Positions 40,714-46,580 of a stretch of 46,580 nucleotides of DNA are shown piece after piece. The translations under genes and the position numbers were made by a program. The DNA is from an uncultured bacterium (lineage in GTDB: Bacteria; Methylomirabilota; Methylomirabilia; Rokubacteriales; CSP1-6). The stretch lies in assembly GCA_964642915.1 (NCBI GenBank), contig CAZXPE010000002.1, positions 1 through 46,580 on the forward strand, in the 5' to 3' direction. Each line of letters opens with the position of its first letter. Position 1 is the stretch's first letter. The notes under the pieces are model-generated. The model was given only the letters and a program-made list of their open reading frames with translations, made no database searches and had not been told where the DNA came from.

Positions 40714-43560
40714 ATGGAACGATCACTGTGCCGGGCCGGTCCGAATGAGGCGGTTGAGGCAGGGGTTCTCGACATCGTCGAGAGGCTCGTCGCCGAAGTG
40801 GGAGGGCCGCGGGCTCCGAAGAGCGTCACCCTCGACGACTCCCTTGACCGCGACCTGGGGATCGGAAGCCTTGAGCGGGTCGAGCTGCTCCTCCGCCTCG
40901 AAGAGAGGTTCGGCGTCCGCCTACCCGACCGGGTCATGGCAGAGGCAATCACCCCCCGCGATCTCGCCGGGGCGATCCTGACGGCAAAGCCGGCTCCACC
41001 CGAGCCTCTTCCAGAGCCGCGCGAGGTCGCCGGCCCCGGCACTCCCGCGCCGGCGGAGGCCAGGACCCTCGTCGATGTCCTCCACTGGCGCGCCGAAAAC
41101 GATCCTGAGAGGATCCACATCTTCCTCAGAGAGGAAGACGGACAGGAACTGCCGATCACTCACAGTAAGCTCCTTGAAGGGGCAACCGCCGTCGCCGCCG
41201 GCCTCATCGAGCGCGGGCTCCAGCGGGGAGAGTCGGTGGCCCTCATGCTCAGGACCGAAGAGGCTTTCTTCTACTCCTTCTACGGCGCTCTTCTCGCGGG
41301 CGGAGTGCCCGTCCCCATCTATCCCCCCTTCCGCCTGGACCGAATCGAGGAGTACGCCCAGCGCCAGGTCCGCATCCTCGAAAACGCCGAAGCGCGCTTG
41401 CTAATCACATTCCCCGAGGCTGAGCGCGTGGCAGGCCTCTTCCGATCCCGTGTTCCCTCTCTCAAGGAAGTAATCACAGCCGGGAGGCTTGAGCTGCCCG
41501 CCGCCGGTGTGCCGCCCTTCACGGGGTCATCCGACGACGCGGCCCTCATCCAATACACTTCGGGGAGCACCGGAGAGCCCAAAGGAGTCCTCCTCTCACA
41601 CTCCAACGTGCTGGCGAATATCCGAGCCATCGGAGAGGCGCTGGCGCTCCAGCCCGGCGACGTCGGGGTGAGCTGGCTCCCCCTCTACCACGACATGGGG
41701 CTGATCGGGACGTGGATCGGGTCGCTCTATCTCGGTATCCCGATGGTGATCCTCTCGCCGCTTGCGTTCCTCTCCCGCCCGGCGCGCTGGCTCTGGGCGA
41801 TCCACTCACACCGGGCTACCGTCTCTCCGGCCCCCAACTTCGCCTTCGACCTCTGCGCACGGAAGATCGGTGACGATGAGCTGAAGGGCCTGGATCTTTC
41901 CTCCTGGCGGCTGGCGTTCAACGGCTCAGAGCCGGTGAGCCCCGAGACGATAGAGCGATTCACCCGCCGCTTCGAGCCGTTCGGCTTCAGGCCAGAGGCG
42001 ATGTACCCCGTCTACGGCCTGGCTGAGTCAGCGGTGGGCCTGACCTTCCCTCCGCTGGGGCGCGGCCCCTTGGTGGACAGGATCGCAAGGGAGCCGTTCG
42101 AGCGCTCTCGCGAGGCGCTCCCCGCCTCCCCCAACGAGGCCAACCCTCTCAGCTTCGTCTCGTGCGGCCGCACCATCCCCGGACACGACGTGCGCATCGT
42201 GGATGCCGATGGCCGGCCTCTCGGCGAAAGAGCCGAAGGTCGCATCGAGTTCCGCGGACCCTCGGTGACGGCGGGTTATTTCAGGAATCCCGAGGCAACG
42301 AGGGCCGTCCTCCACGAAGGGTGGATGGACTCCGGAGACCTCGGCTACTGGGCGGACGAAGAGCTGTTCATCACAGGCCGCAGGAAAGACGTCATCATCA
42401 AGGCAGGACGCAACCTCTACCCCCAGGAGGTTGAGGAGGCGGCAGGCGACGTTCAAGGAATCAGGAAGGGGTGCGTGGCTGCCTTCGGCCACCTCGATCC
42501 TGAGATCGGGACAGAGCGGCTCATCGTCGTCGCCGAGAGTCGTGAAACCCGCACTGAAAAACAGGAAGAGTTGAGGGCCGCCGTTGTGGACAAGGTCGTC
42601 GCGGCGCTCGGGATCCCTCCTGACAGCGTCGTGATCGCCGAGCCGGGAGCGGTGCTGAAAACATCGAGCGGAAAGATCAGGCGAGGCGCCACCAGGGAGG
42701 CGTATCTCTCGGGAGCGCTGGGGCGCGGGCGGCCGTCAGCGTGGATCCAGTGGGCCCGGCTGATCCTGGAGGGGTGGAGAGCGCGATTCCACCGGCTCGG
42801 CAGCCGGTGCGGATCGCTGGTCTTCGCCGGCTACCTGGCGACAGTCCTGGCTCTCGTGATTCCGCCGCTCTGGGGACTTCTCCTCATCCTTCCCGGAGGC
42901 CGCGCCGTGGATCGGCTCGTCAGGGCCGCGTGCCGCTCCCTCCTCGCCCTCGGAGGTTACCCACTCAGAGTCGAGGGGTCGGGGAACCTCCTCGGAACCG
43001 CGCCGGCGGTCATTGTCTCCAACCACGCGAGCTACCTCGACGCCGTCGCCCTCCTCGCAGTGCTCCCCGCGGAGTTCAGGTTCATCGGAAAGCGCGAGCT
43101 TGCCCCCGCTCCACTTATCGGCACCGTCATCAGGAAGGCCGGCCACCTCACCGTCGAGCGGGCCGACCTCTCAAGGAGCGCCGCCGACGCCGAGCGCGCC
43201 ACCCGAATGCTCATGAGCGGCGTCTCGCTTCTCTTCTTCCCCGAAGGCACCTTCACCCGGGCGCCGGGCATCCTTCCTTTCCGCCTCGGGGCATTCAAGG
43301 CCGCAGTGGAAGCGGGGAGGCCGGTGGTCCCCGTAACGATCAGAGGCGCCCGTGAGATCCTTCCATCCGAGAGCTGGCTCCCTAAGCCGGGGGCGATCAC
43401 CGTTGCGATCAGCGCCCCGCTCAAGCCCGAAGGGAGCGGCTGGCCTGAGATGGTCCGCCTCAGGGACCTCGCGCGGGGCGAGATCGCCCGCCGCTCGGGC
43501 GAGCGGCTGATCGGCTCCGTTATCGCCTTGCAGGCCGTCCCTCAGAGGAAGGCTTCGTGA
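40714..43560 (+). CDS. Tri-domain lipid enzyme: acyl carrier domain, fatty acyl-AMP/ACP ligase, TM linker, PlsC-type lysophospholipid acyltransferase
   Basis: 948 aa. PP-binding site DRDLGIGSLERVELLL, AMP-binding IQYTSGSTGEPKGVLLSH and ...SSGKIRR, hydrophobic linker, acyltransferase motifs VSNHASYLD (HX4D) and FFPEGTFTR. The ATG follows the upstream TAA with zero gap. Confidence 0.85.
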   Translation: MERSLCRAGPNEAVEAGVLDIVERLVAEVGGPRAPKSVTLDDSLDRDLGIGSLERVELLLRLEERFGVRLPDRVMAEAITPRDLAGAILTAKPAPPEPLPEPREVAGPGTPAPAEARTLVDVLHWRAENDPERIHIFLREEDGQELPITHSKLLEGATAVAAGLIERGLQRGESVALMLRTEEAFFYSFYGALLAGGVPVPIYPPFRLDRIEEYAQRQVRILENAEARLLITFPEAERVAGLFRSRVPSLKEVITAGRLELPAAGVPPFTGSSDDAALIQYTSGSTGEPKGVLLSHSNVLANIRAIGEALALQPGDVGVSWLPLYHDMGLIGTWIGSLYLGIPMVILSPLAFLSRPARWLWAIHSHRATVSPAPNFAFDLCARKIGDDELKGLDLSSWRLAFNGSEPVSPETIERFTRRFEPFGFRPEAMYPVYGLAESAVGLTFPPLGRGPLVDRIAREPFERSREALPASPNEANPLSFVSCGRTIPGHDVRIVDADGRPLGERAEGRIEFRGPSVTAGYFRNPEATRAVLHEGWMDSGDLGYWADEELFITGRRKDVIIKAGRNLYPQEVEEAAGDVQGIRKGCVAAFGHLDPEIGTERLIVVAESRETRTEKQEELRAAVVDKVVAALGIPPDSVVIAEPGAVLKTSSGKIRRGATREAYLSGALGRGRPSAWIQWARLILEGWRARFHRLGSRCGSLVFAGYLATVLALVIPPLWGLLLILPGGRAVDRLVRAACRSLLALGGYPLRVEGSGNLLGTAPAVIVSNHASYLDAVALLAVLPAEFRFIGKRELAPAPLIGTVIRKAGHLTVERADLSRSAADAERATRMLMSGVSLLFFPEGTFTRAPGILPFRLGAFKAAVEAGRPVVPVTIRGAREILPSESWLPKPGAITVAISAPLKPEGSGWPEMVRLRDLARGEIARRSGERLIGSVIALQAVPQRKAS

Positions 43561-44507
43561 CCTCATCTGAAGCGCCGCTACGTCCGGCATATCTGAATCT
43601 CTCGCTCTCCGAGATCAGGTGCCGGGCGGCTAAGGCCGTTGAGGAGCTGGCCTCCTGCACCGCCTGCCCCCGCAACTGCCGCGTCAACCGCCTCGAAGGA
43701 AAGACCGCAGTCTGCAAGACCGGCCGCTATGCCCTGGTCTCGAGCCACTTCCCCCACCTCGGCGAAGAAGACTGCCTCAGGGGGTGGAATGGATCGGGGA
43801 CGATCTTCTTCTCCTGGTGCAACCTCCGCTGCGTCTTCTGCCAGAACTTCGACATCAGCCAGAAAGGGAGCGGCGAGGAGACCCGACCCGAGCGCCTGGC
43901 CCGCATGATGCTCGAGCTTCAGGCGCTTGGGTGCCACAACATCAACCTGGTGACACCGGAGCACGTAGTGCCTCAACTGCTGGAAGCACTGCCTTTCGCC
44001 GTCGAAGGCGGCCTCAGCCTCCCCATCGTCTACAACACCGGCGCCTACGACGGGACCGAGAGCCTCCGCCTCCTCGACGGCATCGTTGACATCTATATGC
44101 CCGACTTCAAGTTCTGGGACCCGGCGCTCTCCCTGAAGTACGTGAGGGCGCGCGACTACCCCGAAGTGGCCAGGGCCGCCATCCGTGAGATGCACAGGCA
44201 GGTCGGCGACCTGGTCATCGGCTCCGACGGCCTCGCGCGGCGAGGGCTTCTCGTAAGACACCTCGTGATGCCGGAAGGGACCGCCGGGACCCGCGAGATC
44301 GCGCGCTTTCTGTCCCGCGAGATTTCCAGAGAGACCTACGTCAACGTGATGGACCAGTACCGTCCGGCGTGGCGCGTGTCTCAGGAGAAGTTCCCTGAGA
44401 TCAACAGACGGATCACCACCGAGGAGTACGGAGAGGCGGTCAGCGTTGCCCTCGAGGAGGGGCTCCACCGCCTCGACAGGCCCCGCCGCCTCATCCTCAT
44501 TATGTAA
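43557..44507 (+). CDS. Radical SAM protein of the PflX (putative PFL-activase-like, COG1313) type
   Basis: 316 aa. ...CTACPRNCRVNRLEGKTAVCKTG...GTIFFSWCNLRCVFCQNFDIS. GTGA overlap with the upstream stop. Confidence 0.75.
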   Translation: MTSSEAPLRPAYLNLSLSEIRCRAAKAVEELASCTACPRNCRVNRLEGKTAVCKTGRYALVSSHFPHLGEEDCLRGWNGSGTIFFSWCNLRCVFCQNFDISQKGSGEETRPERLARMMLELQALGCHNINLVTPEHVVPQLLEALPFAVEGGLSLPIVYNTGAYDGTESLRLLDGIVDIYMPDFKFWDPALSLKYVRARDYPEVARAAIREMHRQVGDLVIGSDGLARRGLLVRHLVMPEGTAGTREIARFLSREISRETYVNVMDQYRPAWRVSQEKFPEINRRITTEEYGEAVSVALEEGLHRLDRPRRLILIM

Positions 44508-44554
44508 AAGCCGCTCCCGCCTCAGGCGGCTCCGCTGCTGAAGACCGGCTTCCT

Positions 44555-44623
44555 TTGACTCCCCCCGTGGCGGGGCGTATCATGACCATAATCAAGTGAC
44601 TATGGATAAGAGGAGATGGTCAT
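44555..44623 (+). promoter_or_regulatory. Sigma70-like promoter and inverted-repeat operator of the phd/vapC module
   Basis: TTGACT (44555-44560), 17-nt spacer, TATCAT (44578-44583). 8-bp inverted repeat ATGACCAT (44582-44589) / ATGGTCAT (44616-44623) spans the -10 and the start codon. Confidence 0.55.
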
Positions 44624-44855
44624 GAAAACAATGCCCGCAGGAAAGTTCAAGGCGCATTGCCTTAAAGTCATGGATCAGGTTCGGGCACGCCGTGAGCCAC
44701 TGATCATCACAAAGAAGGGAGTGCCTGTGGCCAAGCTCGTTCCTGCGGACGAGGCTCGATCTGGCGTATTTGGCTGCATGGCCGGTACGGCCGAGATTAT
44801 AGGCGACATTGAGGCCCCGGTGGCTCCGGCCAAGGTCTGGAAGGCCTCAAAGTGA
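44622..44855 (+). CDS. Phd/YefM-family type II antitoxin
   Basis: MKTMPAGKFKAHCLKVMDQVRARREPLIITKKGVPVAKLVP... The second ATG (44622) has better GAGGAG spacing than 44616. Confidence 0.8.
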   Translation: MKTMPAGKFKAHCLKVMDQVRARREPLIITKKGVPVAKLVPADEARSGVFGCMAGTAEIIGDIEAPVAPAKVWKASK

Positions 44856-45247
44856 TCCTCCTCGATACTCACGCGCTGCTGTGGCTCTGCCTGGAACCGA
44901 GGCGACTTTCGCGGCCGGCGGCAACCGCCATCGGGAAGGGGGCATCATCCGGGGGCGTCGGTATCGCCTCCATAAGCTTATGGGAGATTGCGATGCTGAT
45001 AGCCCTCGGTCGTCTCTCGCCACGCGGCACCCCCGAAGCATGGATAGCCGAACTCGTTGAGACGAGCGGCATCGTCGTGAAGGAGCTGACCCCGGCCGTA
45101 GCAGTTCTCTCCACGCAGTTCCCCAACGACTTCTCAGCCGATCCGGCTGACCGGTTGATTGCAGCGACTGCGAGAGCCGAAGGTCTTGCCTTAGTAACCC
45201 GTGACGCGAATATTCGGCGCAGCCCCCTCGTGAAGACGATATGGTAA
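44852..45247 (+). CDS. vapC: PIN-domain VapC-type toxin
   Basis: 131 aa. MILLDTHALLWL...ISLWEIAML...DPADRLIAATARAEGLALVTRDANI. GTGA overlap with the antitoxin stop. Confidence 0.85.
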   Translation: MILLDTHALLWLCLEPRRLSRPAATAIGKGASSGGVGIASISLWEIAMLIALGRLSPRGTPEAWIAELVETSGIVVKELTPAVAVLSTQFPNDFSADPADRLIAATARAEGLALVTRDANIRRSPLVKTIW

Positions 45248-45283
45248 AAAGATGTGTGGTACCATCCAGCGCTGAGGTTATCG

Positions 45284-45496
45284 ATGATCCGCACTGTTGA
45301 AGCTGTCGTTGACCCGTGTGGCAATGTTAGATTGTTGGAGGATGTCCAGCTTCCAGGGCCTCGCAGAGTATTCGTTATGATCCTGAACGATACGCCGCAT
45401 ACGGAGGAGACCGCGTTCTTGAGTGAGCGAGCACTTGCCGACTGGAGCCGACCCGAGGAAGACGCGGCGTGGTCGCACCTTCAGCCGGCGGGGTAG
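45284..45496 (+). CDS. AF2212/DUF104-like antitoxin-type small protein, no intact partner toxin
   Basis: Internal ATG 45284 (GAGG 7 nt upstream): MIRTVEAVVDPCGNVRLLEDVQLPGPRRVFVMIL...SERALADWSRPEEDAAWSHLQ. Confidence 0.5.
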   Translation: MIRTVEAVVDPCGNVRLLEDVQLPGPRRVFVMILNDTPHTEETAFLSERALADWSRPEEDAAWSHLQPAG

Positions 45497-45904
45497 TCCT
45501 CGAAGCCGTCGCCACCGTTCTACGTGGTGGTGGTGTCCGCTGAGTTTGGCACGCCGCAAGAAGCGTCTAACCCCTATGAGGCCCCCGCTTGTCAAGGGGA
45601 AAAGGCTCCCGTCACGAAGAGATCTTCGTCCCTCAGCCGACGTCGCTTCCGGAAGTAAAGCCGCTCTGACTTGGTTTCTAAATTGCCGTGCTCAGGCAAA
45701 GCCCCCTGCACCAAACACCTACCTGCCTACCGGCAGGCAGGTCGAGGGTCTCCAGCCATCGGCTGCCATGAAGGCAGGTTCGAACTAAGGGTACGCCCGG
45801 GAGGGGGCCTCAATGAGTATCATCGCGCTCCACGCGGGCGCGCCTCCGGCGCGCCGGTGAGCGTGATCGTTCGACCGACAAGAGGAGGGGTGATGAGAAC
45901 ACGC

Positions 45905-45933
45905 TTGCTCGTTTGGCATTACCGTGGTAATGT
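45905..45933 (+). promoter_or_regulatory. Sigma70-like promoter with overlapping palindrome upstream of vapB
   Basis: TTGCTC (45905-45910), 17-nt spacer, TAATGT (45928-45933). Palindrome CATTACC-gt-GGTAATG at 45917-45932. The ATG lies only 9 nt past the -10, so the transcript may be leaderless or nearly so. Confidence 0.4.
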
Positions 45934-45942
45934 GATCGCGTT

Positions 45943-46203
45943 ATGGCGCTTGCTCATTCGAAGCTGACTGCGCAGGGGCAGATCTCAGTACCCGCTGAGG
46001 TGCGGCGGAGGCTGGGTGTGAGTCCTGGATCCGTGCTGGAGTGGGACCAGAAGGGCGAGACTATCGTTGTCCGGCGAGTGGGCCGGTACACGTCCGAGGA
46101 TGTGCACCAGGCCTTGTTTCCCGTCCCACCGAGGACCCGTTCGCTGACCGAACTGAAGGAAGGTGTGCGACGGTACGTGAGGCGGCGCCATGCGCGCCGT
46201 TGA
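45943..46203 (+). CDS. vapB: AbrB/MazE/SpoVT-fold VapB-type antitoxin
   Basis: 86 aa. MALAHSKLTAQGQISVPAEVRRRLGVSPGSVLEWDQKGETIVVRR. Confidence 0.8.
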   Translation: MALAHSKLTAQGQISVPAEVRRRLGVSPGSVLEWDQKGETIVVRRVGRYTSEDVHQALFPVPPRTRSLTELKEGVRRYVRRRHARR

Positions 46204-46580
46204 CACCAACGTCTTGGTGCGCCTGCTCTCGCGGGATGATGCGCGGCAGCTCGCCGCAGCCGAGGCTTTCGTTGCTCGGGGCGCATGGGTTTCGCACCTC
46301 GTGCTCGTCGAAGCCATGTGGGTTCTGAGTTCGGTATACGAGCGTGGCGCGACGGAGATCGCCACGGCTGTCGACATGCTGCTCAACCACAAGGACCTGA
46401 CTCTCCAAGATTCGGACGCCGTGGACGCCGCTCTGACCCTGTTCCGGAAGAAGCCATCCCTAAGCTTCTCGGATTGTCTTGTACTTGAGGCTGCTCGCAA
46501 GGCGGGCCATCTTCCCCTCGGAACCTTCGATCGTGAACTCGGCAAGCAGGAGGGTGCGCGGCGTCTGGGTCAGAGGGTCA
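46190..46580 (+). CDS. vapC: PIN-domain VapC toxin, 3' end runs off the window
   Basis: Absent from the ORF track (no stop in window). ATG 46190 overlaps the vapB 3' end. Hand translation: MRAVDTNVLVRLLSRDDARQLAAAEAFVARGAWVSHLVLVEAMWVLSSVYERG...SFSDCLVLEAARKAGHLPLGTFDREL. Confidence 0.8.
   Translation, partial: MRAVDTNVLVRLLSRDDARQLAAAEAFVARGAWVSHLVLVEAMWVLSSVYERGATEIATAVDMLLNHKDLTLQDSDAVDAALTLFRKKPSLSFSDCLVLEAARKAGHLPLGTFDRELGKQEGARRLGQRV

Noticed and set aside
45770-45790. tRNA-like T-loop string GGCAGGTTCGAACT, which might mark a tRNA gene or att site.
   Set aside because: I could not build an acceptor, D or anticodon stem around it. The flanking T-stem halves are not complementary.
1-46580. 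CRISPR arrays, rRNA or tRNA genes, integrase or transposase genes.
   Set aside because: I saw no regularly spaced direct repeats of 25-40 nt, no rRNA- or tRNA-like conserved strings, and no ORF with DDE, tyrosine- or serine-recombinase hallmarks. This was a by-eye scan only, so short or degenerate elements could have been missed.

Overview
High-GC bacterial chromosomal fragment. I saw no rRNA, tRNA or CRISPR array by eye.

(1) 1-12885, minus strand: one tightly packed operon, tusA-dsrN-dsrEFH-dsrT(like)-dsrMKJOP. It continues with almost no gaps into a soluble PAS hybrid histidine kinase, an Rrf2 regulator, a PNPOx-like protein and a cytoplasmic molybdopterin oxidoreductase that runs off the left edge. 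dsrAB, dsrC and dsrL are not in the window.

(2) 15130-23730, minus strand: a second, translationally coupled 10-gene operon, and my best candidate for an undescribed system. It joins a sulfur-trafficking set (secreted tandem rhodanese, three miniature DsrF/E/H-like proteins, YeeE/YedE permease, TusA/YeeD-like carrier) to envelope- or peptide-modification-type genes (GT-C/GT39-like membrane protein, Gly-rich repeat membrane peptide, FAD oxidoreductase, B12-binding radical SAM). It faces a GT2 plus SPASM-type radical SAM pair. Its promoter region is a recognisable paralogue of the tusA-dsr promoter and appears to be followed by a decayed tusA copy.

(3) Housekeeping blocks: CBS protein, glgB, GH57, pntAA-pntAB-pntB, a three-subunit 2-oxoacid:ferredoxin oxidoreductase, a HAD/P-loop ATPase fusion, and a coupled CBS-BON / ACP-FAAL-PlsC / PflX-like radical SAM trio.

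(4) Accessory DNA:
- A 1657-bp transposase-less cassette with perfect 14-bp terminal inverted repeats and an 8-bp target duplication. It carries a small ORF and a Clp-fold (SDH-type) serine protease, and sits just upstream of the pntA promoter.
- A lower-GC patch with a frameshifted NfeD-like gene bracketed by about 60-nt direct repeats, plus an orphan BrnA-like antitoxin.
- A right-end cluster of toxin-antitoxin modules; the last vapC runs off the edge.

All function calls come from reading the translations and motifs by eye. No database search was run.
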